Positions 1 to 8,486 are shown, counted from the stretch's first letter. The stretch: 34,348 nt of DNA from an uncultured Staphylococcaceae bacterium (GCA_964635805.1 CAZWRR010000001.1:1-34348), one strand, 5' to 3'. Numbers and translations are program-made. The notes: generated by a model from the letters alone, not told the origin.

Positions 1-216
1 TAGTGACCTTCCCGATAAATTCATGTATGTTTGTGGTTTTAATAGAAACACTTTAAAATCATTAAAAGAAAAACTTGTATAAAGTCCGCCAAAATCAGCT
101 TTATCAATATCAACTTGTGCTTTTTCCGCAAAAGTGTCTAATGCTAAAAAACCCGCGTTGTGGCGCGTATCTTTATATTTGCGTCCTGGATTTCCTAAAC
201 CTACAATTAATTTCAT
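1..216 (-). CDS. pth: peptidyl-tRNA hydrolase, N-terminal 72 codons only (gene continues past the left edge)
   Basis: The reverse complement starts with ATG at 216..214. It reads MKLIVGLGNPGRKYKDTRHNAGFLALDTFAEKAQVDIDKADFGGLYTSFSFNDFKVFLLKPQTYMNLSGRSL without a stop. GLGNPG..Y..TRHNxGF and PxTYMNxSG form the classical Pth N-terminus. It is missing from the ORF track because no stop lies in the window. Confidence 0.85.
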   Translation of the reverse strand, partial: MKLIVGLGNPGRKYKDTRHNAGFLALDTFAEKAQVDIDKADFGGLYTSFSFNDFKVFLLKPQTYMNLSGRSL

Positions 217-230
217 ACGCTGCAATATTA

Positions 231-239
231 ATTATACCA
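231..239 (-). promoter_or_regulatory. extended -10 promoter element (TGGTATAAT on minus strand) for pth
   Basis: The reverse complement of attatacca is TGGTATAAT. It lies 14 nt upstream of the pth ATG, and no SD lies between them. Confidence 0.45.
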
Positions 240-245
240 TTAGTA

Positions 246-254
246 TGGTATTAT
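246..254 (+). promoter_or_regulatory. extended -10 promoter element (TGGTATTAT) for the DUF368 gene
   Basis: tggtattat is followed by 6 nt (catctt) and then the ATG at 261. There is no SD. Confidence 0.4.
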
Positions 255-260
255 CATCTT

Positions 261-1187
261 ATGAATAACTTTTTAAAACGATTTATCCAAGGAATTGTAT
301 TAGGTGTTGCGCTTATTACAACAATTGGGGGCGGCACTGTTGCGGTTTTGCTTGGTGTATATGACGATATAATAAATTCCGTGGCTGATTTTCGGAAAAA
401 TCCGCGCGAATCACTTCGACTAATTATTCCAATGGGCATTGGGGGTGTGGTCGGAATTGGTGTGTTTATTTTACCAATTATGTTGTTATTAGACCATTTC
501 CGTTTTCCAACTTTAGCTTTTTTTGTTGGCTTAACAATCGGCGGACTTCATGTGTTTAAAGACATTGTGAAAGGGAATATTAAACTCATTAACATCATTC
601 ATTTAATCGTTGGTTTCATCTTCGTTTTTAGTATTGGTTTATTTACGTGGTTAATGGACTTTAAAGCAGATTTATCGACAATTAACGTAATACAATTTGT
701 GCTTCTTTTTGTCGTTGCGTTTATTTCTATGGGTGGGCATGTTTCGCCGGGAATATCTGGAACATTATTACTTTTTGCTTTTGGCTACTTCGAAGAAGTA
801 GTAAATTTATTTAAACGTTTTATATTATTGCAAAGTAACTTGTTTTGGAACGACTTTTTTGCAATACTCGTTTTCGTTATTGGCTCGTTTTTAGGTCTTA
901 TCGCAATTGCCAAAATTTACAAAAAAAGCTTTGAGAAATCACGTGAAAAAACAAGTTTTACGATTCTTGGTTTTATTATTGGATCACTCATAATTATCTT
1001 CTTTAATGGTGAAATTAAACTTGAATATAGTGACCCAATTTATCAGAGTTTTAATGTTTGGCAATTTGTGATTTCTATTGCGCTAGTAGTTACGGGTGCA
1101 GTAATTTCAAGTTTGTTATTTAAATATGTAGAGCGTCACAAAAAACAAGTAGAGGAGAAGGAAGATGCAGAAATTATGGGCGAGTGA
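261..1187 (+). CDS. DUF368-family polytopic membrane protein (family recently tied to undecaprenyl-phosphate translocation)
   Basis: This is the track ORF 75..1187 trimmed to the ATG at 261 (MNNFLKRFIQGIV...). The two-repeat DUF368 signature is present: IGGGTVAVLLGVYDDII and SPGISGTLLLFAFGYFEEVV. The protein is hydrophobic throughout. The 62 upstream codons overlap the pth promoter and start and look non-coding. Confidence 0.7.
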   Translation: MNNFLKRFIQGIVLGVALITTIGGGTVAVLLGVYDDIINSVADFRKNPRESLRLIIPMGIGGVVGIGVFILPIMLLLDHFRFPTLAFFVGLTIGGLHVFKDIVKGNIKLINIIHLIVGFIFVFSIGLFTWLMDFKADLSTINVIQFVLLFVVAFISMGGHVSPGISGTLLLFAFGYFEEVVNLFKRFILLQSNLFWNDFFAILVFVIGSFLGLIAIAKIYKKSFEKSREKTSFTILGFIIGSLIIIFFNGEIKLEYSDPIYQSFNVWQFVISIALVVTGAVISSLLFKYVERHKKQVEEKEDAEIMGE

Positions 1188-1860
1188 TTTTTGGAATTGG
1201 GAAATAAGTTATTTATGGTGGACAATTGAAAATACCCATTTTTCTAATTTCATAACATGGTTTTTTAAGATATATACTTTTTTAGGAGAAATGGCTCTAA
1301 TCTTCTTTATTGCCTCATTTGTAATGATTGGCTTTAAGAAAACGCGAAAAACAGGTTTTGTCGTACTTGCTGGCCTTGTAATTGTCGCGGGTTTTAATAA
1401 TTATGGCTTAAAATACATTTTTAATCGTCCCCGTCCTTTCCGTTTTGAAGGAAGTGGCGAACACGTCGAAGCACTAAGTAATTTAGTTGAGGTGTTTAAA
1501 AATGAAAGTAAATTTAATGAGTTTTTGGTCCCAAGCCTTGGTTCAAAATCATTTGTAAGCGGACACACGCTCTCAGCATTTATTTTTGGCACAACAGTAG
1601 CGATATATCACCGTAAGTGGGCCGTCCCTGCTTTATTTGCGGCAGCGCTCATGGCATACTCAAGACTTTACTTTGGTTTCCATTATCCGACCGATATTAT
1701 TGGTGGAATTATTATTGCCATTCCGACAAGTTTTATTATTGCGCGAATTGCTGACAAGCATGGCGAAAAAATCAGTGCATACTTTATAAATTTGTTCCGC
1801 CGTATTTTCAAACGCAACAAGGAAGAACAAGACGAGCAACCACAAGAAGATGCGAATTGA
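1165..1860 (+). CDS. PAP2-superfamily membrane phosphatase (BcrC/PgpB-like, candidate undecaprenyl-diphosphatase)
   Basis: All three PAP2 motifs are present: KYIFNRPRP (Kx6RP), SGH (FVSGHT) and SRLYFGFHYPTD (SRx5Hx3D). The SD gaggagaagga lies upstream of the ATG. The gene overlaps the DUF368 gene by 23 nt. Confidence 0.8.
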   Translation: MQKLWASDFWNWEISYLWWTIENTHFSNFITWFFKIYTFLGEMALIFFIASFVMIGFKKTRKTGFVVLAGLVIVAGFNNYGLKYIFNRPRPFRFEGSGEHVEALSNLVEVFKNESKFNEFLVPSLGSKSFVSGHTLSAFIFGTTVAIYHRKWAVPALFAAALMAYSRLYFGFHYPTDIIGGIIIAIPTSFIIARIADKHGEKISAYFINLFRRIFKRNKEEQDEQPQEDAN

Positions 1861-2545
1861 TCGTTTTTTAAGTAAAACTTTACTAATCACGAGAAAAGAA
1901 GCCCGCGCGCTTTTACAAACACACAAAGTGACAGTTAATAACAAAGTTATTAAAAACGCTGGTTTTCACGTTGATGAAGTGCATGATGAAGTGTTTGTTA
2001 ATGACGAAAAAATCATTTATGAACAATTTCAATATTATTTGCTAAACAAACCTGCTGGCTATATTTGTGCTAATAACGACAACTTACATAGCACTGTTTT
2101 TGACCTTGATCCACTTTTTGGAGCAATGGATTTACATACAGTTGGCCGGCTCGATAAAGACACAACTGGAGCGTTAATTTTAACGAACAACGGTACCTTA
2201 ACGCATCGTTTGATTAATCCGAAATTTAAAATTGCAAAAACATATTTTGTCATTACGAACAATGCAATAAATCACAATTTAATTCCATTATTTGAAAATG
2301 GATTTATGATTGATGAAAAACTCAAAACATTACCCGCAAAACTTGAAATAATTTCAGAAAAAGAAGCGCGGCTTACAATTTATGAAGGGAAGTACCACCA
2401 AGTTAAACGGATGTTTCGTCATTTTGATCTTAGCGTTATTTCATTACATCGTGAACAGTTCGGTTTTTTACGTGTCGATGATATGGAAATTGGTGAATTT
2501 CGTAAATTAGCACCTCAAGAAATAGAAAATTTAATCAAAGATTAA
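1850..2545 (+). CDS. rsuA: S4-domain pseudouridine synthase, RsuA/RluB family (16S rRNA Psi516 synthase-like)
   Basis: The N-terminal S4 domain reads MRIDRFLSKTLLITRKEARALL..KVTVN. The catalytic GRLDKDTTGALILTNNG motif and the KTY...EGKYHQVKRMF motif are both present. The gene overlaps the PAP2 gene by 11 nt. Confidence 0.85.
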   Translation: MRIDRFLSKTLLITRKEARALLQTHKVTVNNKVIKNAGFHVDEVHDEVFVNDEKIIYEQFQYYLLNKPAGYICANNDNLHSTVFDLDPLFGAMDLHTVGRLDKDTTGALILTNNGTLTHRLINPKFKIAKTYFVITNNAINHNLIPLFENGFMIDEKLKTLPAKLEIISEKEARLTIYEGKYHQVKRMFRHFDLSVISLHREQFGFLRVDDMEIGEFRKLAPQEIENLIKD

Positions 2546-2550
2546 TTTGT

Positions 2551-2578
2551 TTGTTATTTACAACTATTTTGCTATAAT
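2551..2578 (+). promoter_or_regulatory. promoter of the TetR-ABC operon (TTGTTA -16 nt- TGcTATAAT)
   Basis: The -35-like ttgtta lies at 2551..2556. A perfect TATAAT at 2573..2578 is preceded by TGc (extended -10). The ATG follows 10 nt later without an SD. Confidence 0.5.
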
Positions 2579-2588
2579 TATTTAACGT

Positions 2589-3164
2589 ATGGCAAAAGGT
2601 AATATTACACGGCGAGACGAGATTATAAACGCGGCAATTAAATTGTTTGCGCGTTTTTCTTTTCAAGAAATTTCCATTTCTGCAATTGCGCGTGAAGCGG
2701 GCTGTGGTCATAGTCTTGTATATCATTATTTTGCCAACGTTAATGAAATTTATGATGCGGCTTACGTCGTTGTAAAAGAAACGATGAACCCATTCATTAT
2801 CAATCTTGATAACTCGGTTTTAGCGCCTGAATTAAAATTTGTTGGCTTAATTACAAATTTTATTGAACACTTGAAAAACAACAAAAATCTTGCTTTTTAT
2901 GCGCAGTTTATATTTTCAGCGCATGGACCAAAGTCACGCGAAATTAAAAAACATCAAAATCGCTGGGCATCAACTCTCCGTAATATCGTTTTAGAGGGCC
3001 AAGCAAATAATAAATTAATTACAACTCTTTCAGTCGATGAGTTTGTGCATTCAGTCAACTATGTTTTAGGTGGGGTTATCAATTCAATCGTTTCGGCAGG
3101 AGTAAAACGGAAGTACGTAACAGCTGCGTCAGTTTATTTGCCGTTTATTAAAGGAGGCGAATAA
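2589..3164 (+). CDS. TetR/AcrR-family transcriptional regulator
   Basis: The N-terminal HTH reads RRDEIINAAIKLFARFSFQEISISAIAREAGCGHSLVYHYFANVNEIY. At 191 aa it has typical TetR size. It is directly followed by the ABC exporter genes. Confidence 0.85.
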   Translation: MAKGNITRRDEIINAAIKLFARFSFQEISISAIAREAGCGHSLVYHYFANVNEIYDAAYVVVKETMNPFIINLDNSVLAPELKFVGLITNFIEHLKNNKNLAFYAQFIFSAHGPKSREIKKHQNRWASTLRNIVLEGQANNKLITTLSVDEFVHSVNYVLGGVINSIVSAGVKRKYVTAASVYLPFIKGGE

Positions 3165-4988
3165 ATGTTTAAACTATATGGGCTAATGAAAAATCGTTGG
3201 TGGCAGCTATTAATAATTGTTGTGCTCGTTGCTGGCCAAACATTTCTCCAATTACAATTACCTGATTACATTTCTAGCATTAATGCTATTTTAAATAATG
3301 CTCAAATTCCTGCAGGGGAAGCGATTTCAAGTGCCGATTTAAGCAAAATTGGTCTAATTGGCCTTGAAATGGTTGGCGTTTCCGCACTAACGTTTGTTTT
3401 GGCGGCCGGTCAAGGCTTAACAAACGCTAATTATGTTGCGCGTTTTGGCCAAATTGTTCGCGAGAAAACATTTTTAACCGTTGAGCAATACTCACTTAGT
3501 GATCTTAATGAGTTTGGTACTGCAAGTTTATTAACGCGTGTTACGAATGACTCACGCAACATTCAAAACTTTATGTTTATGATTAATCGTGTTTTTGTGA
3601 TGGCACCAGTTTTCTTAATTATAGGTTCGAGCAAACTTTTAGCGCTGGATATTGGCTACTTTTATGTCGTCCTTGTTGCCTTACCGCTTGTGCTTATATT
3701 AATGATTATTACGTTTTTTATAGCATCACCTATGTTTTTGAAGATACAACAAAACGTTGACTACGTTACACTTTTATTCCGTGAAGGTTTAACGGGAGTA
3801 CGAGTTGTGCGTGCATTTAATCAAGAAGAGCGCGAAAACAAGTATTTTAATGAGGCGAATGAACAACTTACAACAAGCAACGTCCGCGTTGGTCGTTTAA
3901 TGACGATTGTTAATCCAATGGTCGGTATTATTTTCAATTTTGCTTTAATTGCTATTTACTTTATTGGTTTCTTACTAATTAACACACTTCTAAAAAGCGG
4001 TAATTTAGACGGAATGGAAGTAACTTTCGGCCAAACAATGTCCGCAGCAATGTACATTCAAAATATTATGATGTCGTTTATGATGATGATGTTTGCCTTT
4101 ATTATGTTTCCGCATGCTTCCGCGAGTGCAAAGCGAATTAATGACGTTTTAGCAGTAAAACCGGCGGTCGTTGATAAAGAAGAAACGCTTGATAAAGCAC
4201 TAATTACTGCGGGTAAAGTTAAATTTAATAACGTTACTTTTGCGTTTTCGGAAAATGCGCACCCGACACTAAAAAACATTAATTTTGAGGCAAAACCTGG
4301 TACTATTACCGCTATCGTTGGCTCAACCGGATCTGGTAAAAGTTCGATTATTAACTTATTACCGCGCTTTTTTGATGTAACCGAGGGTAGCATTACGCTT
4401 GATGATCACGATATTCGTGATTTTAAAATCGATGATTTGCGCGATGCAATCGGTTTTGTTCCCCAAACCGCAACTTTATTTAGCGGAACAATTCGTGATA
4501 ACTTATATTTTGGTAAAGAAGATGCAACTGATGAAGAGTTAGTTGCGGCGCTTAAAGTAGCGCAAGCTTATGATTTTGTCATGCGTAAAGAAGAAGGGCT
4601 TGATGCGGAAGTTGCTCAAGCAGGGCGTAATTTTAGCGGGGGCCAAAAACAACGATTATCAATTGCGCGCGCACTCGTACGTAAGCCGAAAATATATGTT
4701 TTTGATGATTCATTTAGTGCGCTTGATTACCGCACTGATATACGATTACGTAGTGAATTAAAACATTATGCGAAAGATGCAACAATTTTTATCGTTGCTC
4801 AGCGTGTTAGTTCGATTTTAGATGCAAATCAAATTTTAGTACTTGATGACGGTATTGTAGTGGGCTGCGGAACACACAGTGAATTACTTAGTAAATGTAA
4901 GGTTTATCAAGAAATTGTTGCGTCGCAACTTGATGCTGATGAAATTAAACGATCGCGCGAATTAGCGCTAGAAGTGGGGGGCGAATAA
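3165..4988 (+). CDS. ABC exporter half-transporter (TMD-NBD), subunit carrying the degenerate ATP site
   Basis: It has a six-helix TMD plus an NBD. Walker A is GSTGSGKSS (4320..) and the signature is FSGGQKQRLSIARA. Walker B is IYVFDDS, with Asp replacing the catalytic Glu (4707..4709). The H-loop reads AQR instead of AHR. Confidence 0.9.
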   Translation: MFKLYGLMKNRWWQLLIIVVLVAGQTFLQLQLPDYISSINAILNNAQIPAGEAISSADLSKIGLIGLEMVGVSALTFVLAAGQGLTNANYVARFGQIVREKTFLTVEQYSLSDLNEFGTASLLTRVTNDSRNIQNFMFMINRVFVMAPVFLIIGSSKLLALDIGYFYVVLVALPLVLILMIITFFIASPMFLKIQQNVDYVTLLFREGLTGVRVVRAFNQEERENKYFNEANEQLTTSNVRVGRLMTIVNPMVGIIFNFALIAIYFIGFLLINTLLKSGNLDGMEVTFGQTMSAAMYIQNIMMSFMMMMFAFIMFPHASASAKRINDVLAVKPAVVDKEETLDKALITAGKVKFNNVTFAFSENAHPTLKNINFEAKPGTITAIVGSTGSGKSSIINLLPRFFDVTEGSITLDDHDIRDFKIDDLRDAIGFVPQTATLFSGTIRDNLYFGKEDATDEELVAALKVAQAYDFVMRKEEGLDAEVAQAGRNFSGGQKQRLSIARALVRKPKIYVFDDSFSALDYRTDIRLRSELKHYAKDATIFIVAQRVSSILDANQILVLDDGIVVGCGTHSELLSKCKVYQEIVASQLDADEIKRSRELALEVGGE

Positions 4989-6841
4989 TGAACGGACCAC
5001 GAAGACATGGTGGACGTGGCCGCGGGCAAGGTGGCGGTCGTCCTAAAAACTTTAAATTAGCACTAAAAAGTTTAGTTCGTAATTTTAAACCATATGCAGG
5101 CTTACTCATTGTTGTAATGATTTTGTTGTTGTTTGTGAACTTAGCAATTATTTATACACCAATTCACCTGAACACAATAATGACCGGACTTGCTGATGGC
5201 AAATATTTTTATCCGGGCGAATTAACACGAGGACTTAATTTTTCATTACTGCTAGTAGATATTGGCATTATCATCGGTTTAATTCTTTTATCTACAGTGT
5301 TACGGACAGTTGCAAACTTGCTCTCTATTCGCGTTTCTGCTGGTTATTCTTACAAATTACGCAAAGACATTAAAGAAAAACTTGATCGCTTACCTTTATC
5401 ATACTTCGATAAGTATACTCACGGTGAAATTCTTGCGATTGGCACAAATGACGTTGATGCAATATCACAATCACTTAACCAAGTTTTAGCAGAAATATTC
5501 AACTCTGTTGTTTTATTTGTCGGCACATTAATTGCAATGTTTGTCGTTAGTTGGCAACTTGCGCTTGTTGCATTAGGGATTTTGCCACTTTCCGTACTTG
5601 TTTCCGTTTTTATTACAAAACGTTCACAAAAACAATTTGTGAAATTTCAAGACAAACAAGGCGAACTTGAAGGAAAAGTTGAAGAAAACTTTGCGGGACT
5701 GCCCGTTGTCCAACTTTTTAATCAACAAGGCAATCAAATCGCACAATTTGTTGATATAAATAATGAAATGGCACACGCTAACTTTATTTCTCAATGGCTT
5801 AGTTCCTTTATTTTCCCTTCACTACGTTTCGTTAGCAACTTAGGCTTTCTTGGTGTATTAGTTGTTGTCGGCGTTATTAATAATATTGCGGTTTTGCCTG
5901 CATTTATCATCTTTTTAAATAACTTCCAACAACCGTTTTTCCAAATCGGCCAGTTATCAAATACGATTCAAACAACGCTTGCAGGCGCAGAACGTGTGTT
6001 TGGTTTGCTTGAAGAAGAAGAACAAAGTGCTGATGCCGAAGACGCCGTGGCCACAAATGAAAAAGTTAAAGGTGAATTTTGCTTTAAAAAAGTTGCCTTT
6101 AGTTATACACCCGAACGTAAACTTATTACCGATTTAGATTTACACGTAAATCCCGGTGATACAATTGCAATCGTTGGTCCAACTGGCGCTGGTAAGACGA
6201 CATTAGTTAACTTAATTATGCGCTTTTATGAAATTAATGAAGGTAAAATTACGCTTGATGGTATTGACATCCGCGATTACACACGCAGTGCACTACGTAG
6301 TAGTGTAGGCATGGTTTTACAAGATACATGGTTATTTAAAGGCTCAATCCGTAACAATATCCGTTACGGTAACAAAGATGCAACGGAAGAACAAATTATT
6401 GCAGCGGCAAAAGCAGCACGAGCGCACCACTTTATTACAACACTGCCTGGTGAATACGATTTTGTCTTAAATGAAGACGGCACAAACATTTCGCAAGGAC
6501 AGCGCCAATTACTCACAATCGCTCGCGCGATTATTGCTGATCCAAAAATTCTTATTCTTGACGAAGCGACAAGCAGCGTTGATACACGGACCGAATTTGC
6601 GATTCAAAAAGTAATGGATGAAATTATGAAAAATCGCACTACCTTCATTATTGCGCACCGCTTAAGCACAATTAAAAACGCCAAAAACATTCTTGTTATG
6701 CATAACGGTGACATTATTGAAACTGGCAAACATGATGAGTTGCTAAAAGCTGATGGTTTTTATGCAAGTTTATATAACGCCCAATTTCTTGGGATAGATA
6801 ACGAAAATAACAACAATGATAAATCTAACGAAACTTCTTAA
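4988..6841 (+). CDS. ABC exporter half-transporter (TMD-NBD), consensus-site subunit
   Basis: The start overlaps the upstream stop (TAATG). The N-terminus is Gly/Arg-rich (MNGPRRHGGRGRGQGGGRPKNFK). Walker A is GPTGAGKTT, Walker B is ILILDEATSSVD and the H-loop AHR is canonical. The signature is non-canonical: ISQGQRQ (6488..6508). Confidence 0.9.
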   Translation: MNGPRRHGGRGRGQGGGRPKNFKLALKSLVRNFKPYAGLLIVVMILLLFVNLAIIYTPIHLNTIMTGLADGKYFYPGELTRGLNFSLLLVDIGIIIGLILLSTVLRTVANLLSIRVSAGYSYKLRKDIKEKLDRLPLSYFDKYTHGEILAIGTNDVDAISQSLNQVLAEIFNSVVLFVGTLIAMFVVSWQLALVALGILPLSVLVSVFITKRSQKQFVKFQDKQGELEGKVEENFAGLPVVQLFNQQGNQIAQFVDINNEMAHANFISQWLSSFIFPSLRFVSNLGFLGVLVVVGVINNIAVLPAFIIFLNNFQQPFFQIGQLSNTIQTTLAGAERVFGLLEEEEQSADAEDAVATNEKVKGEFCFKKVAFSYTPERKLITDLDLHVNPGDTIAIVGPTGAGKTTLVNLIMRFYEINEGKITLDGIDIRDYTRSALRSSVGMVLQDTWLFKGSIRNNIRYGNKDATEEQIIAAAKAARAHHFITTLPGEYDFVLNEDGTNISQGQRQLLTIARAIIADPKILILDEATSSVDTRTEFAIQKVMDEIMKNRTTFIIAHRLSTIKNAKNILVMHNGDIIETGKHDELLKADGFYASLYNAQFLGIDNENNNNDKSNETS

Positions 6842-8366
6842 GTCGTTTGTAAACCGTTGCTAAACGCGGATAAAGTTCACGATATACGCCTTTATACAAA
6901 TAGGCGTATTTTTTATTGTTTTCAGCGTTTGGCATAAATGATTTTTCAATATGCACCATGTTTGCCACCGCATCTTCGAGCGTTTCATACACATTTAAAA
7001 ACTTCATTGTCGCAATCGCCGTACCAATTACAGCTGTCTCATACGTTTGGGTGCGGCGTACGGTAAGGCCAAAAATATCGGCAGTAATTTGACAAATAGC
7101 GTCGCTTTGTGAACCACCGCCAGAAACACGAATTTCTTTAACTTTATGGTGCAGTTGTTTTTCAATGCTTGCTAATCCTTCAAATAATGCAAACGCAATT
7201 CCCTCGATTAACGCGCGGTAAATATGAATGCGGGTATGGAAATCACTAAAACCGATAATTGAACCACGTGCCTCCGGTCGTTTTAATCCTGGGCCCCAAT
7301 ATGGTTGCAGCACTAAACCTTCAGCACCCGGACTAACCGCAAGCATTTTTTTATTTAACACTTCTTCCGTAGCAAGCCGCTCAATGTTTGCTTCAACTGT
7401 TTCATTTGCAGCAATCTCTTCAATAAACCAACTAACGGTCCAATAACCACGATATACTTGCACTTCTAATTGGAATAGTTTCGGCAGCGGTGCGCTGTAT
7501 GCTGGTAAAAACCGTTCTGGACTTGCATAACGACGTGAAGCAACGCTAATACTACTTGCGGTGCCATACGAAATTGAAGCGAAATTATTATTTACACAAC
7601 CTGTACCAATTGCTTCGTTACCTTTATCCGTGCCGCCGGCAAACATTTGTAAACCTTCCGGTAACATTGTTTCTTTACTTACTTCCGCGCTTATCGTTCC
7701 CAACATTGTACCTTGCTCAACAATTTCACAAAGTTTTGCGTTTGGAATACGGAAAATATTTTTTAGCGCATTGTCGCCATACCATTTACCACGACGGAAG
7801 TGGATCGGGAAGTGGCCTGTTTGATTCGCGGCGCTATCAATGTATTTACCTAACAGACGATATGTAATGTATGTGGAAATATTCATGTAATACTTTGTTT
7901 TTGTCCATATTTCCGGTTCGTTTTCTTGCACCCAAATTGCCGGCGTGCGTTTCATATTCAAATTAATTGTTTCTTTCATACCGACGAGTGAAAAAATAAT
8001 GCGCCGTAACAGCGGAAGTTTTTCATTTAAGTTTGCTTGGCGTTGATCAAGCCAAAGCACCATCGGCCGTGTCGGTACAAAGTTTTCATCTAAAAAGACG
8101 GCGCTATCGCGAAATGTCGTCACACTAAAAGCACGCACTTCACGAAGGAGTGCTTCATGTTTTGTTGCTAATTCTTTTGTTGATTCAACAAGTTTTTGCC
8201 AATAGTATTCAGGATTTTGTTCGGCATACCCTGGTTTACTACTAAAATAAGATTGATCGTATTTATTTTTAATAAGGGCAAGAATATCCCCTTTTTCGTT
8301 AACAATTGCGACTCTAATTGATTGAGTACCAAAGTCAATTGCTAACACAGTATTTTCATTTTTCAT
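6825..8366 (-). CDS. FGGY-family carbohydrate kinase (substrate not assignable)
   Basis: The N-terminal actin-fold phosphate-1 motif reads LAIDFGTQSIRVAIV. The GGTDKGNEAIGTG and RVSGGGSQSDAICQITADIFG motifs are typical of FGGY kinases. At 513 aa it is a typical size, and an SD aagga lies upstream. Confidence 0.75.
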   Translation of the reverse strand: MKNENTVLAIDFGTQSIRVAIVNEKGDILALIKNKYDQSYFSSKPGYAEQNPEYYWQKLVESTKELATKHEALLREVRAFSVTTFRDSAVFLDENFVPTRPMVLWLDQRQANLNEKLPLLRRIIFSLVGMKETINLNMKRTPAIWVQENEPEIWTKTKYYMNISTYITYRLLGKYIDSAANQTGHFPIHFRRGKWYGDNALKNIFRIPNAKLCEIVEQGTMLGTISAEVSKETMLPEGLQMFAGGTDKGNEAIGTGCVNNNFASISYGTASSISVASRRYASPERFLPAYSAPLPKLFQLEVQVYRGYWTVSWFIEEIAANETVEANIERLATEEVLNKKMLAVSPGAEGLVLQPYWGPGLKRPEARGSIIGFSDFHTRIHIYRALIEGIAFALFEGLASIEKQLHHKVKEIRVSGGGSQSDAICQITADIFGLTVRRTQTYETAVIGTAIATMKFLNVYETLEDAVANMVHIEKSFMPNAENNKKYAYLYKGVYRELYPRLATVYKRLKKFR

Positions 8367-8391
8367 ATGTTTTCCTTGTTTTTCTCTTTTT

Positions 8392-8400
8392 ATTGTAACA
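8392..8400 (-). promoter_or_regulatory. extended -10 element (TGTTACAAT on minus strand) for the FGGY kinase gene
   Basis: The reverse complement of attgtaaca is TGTTACAAT. It lies about 25 nt upstream of the ATG, and the leader contains an SD. Confidence 0.4.
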
Positions 8401-8477
8401 AATAGCGGTAATTATTACCTAAAAACATCTTTTTTCGCATTTTTAAGACGTTGTAAGCGCTATTATCTTAATATCTA

Positions 8478-8486
8478 TGATATTAT
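8478..8486 (+). promoter_or_regulatory. extended -10 element (TGATATTAT) for ppdK
   Basis: tgatattat lies 45 nt upstream of the ppdK ATG. A strong SD aaaggagg follows it. Confidence 0.4.

Noticed and set aside
75-260. An N-terminal 62-codon extension of the DUF368 ORF, beginning at 75.
   Set aside because: The extension overlaps the pth coding start and both divergent promoters. It begins with a non-ATG codon and adds no DUF368-like sequence. The ATG at 261 gives the family-typical N-terminus.
2546-2572. A possible TetR operator palindrome in the promoter upstream of the TetR gene.
   Set aside because: I could not find a convincing inverted repeat by eye in ttgtttgttatttacaactattttgc, so no operator is called.
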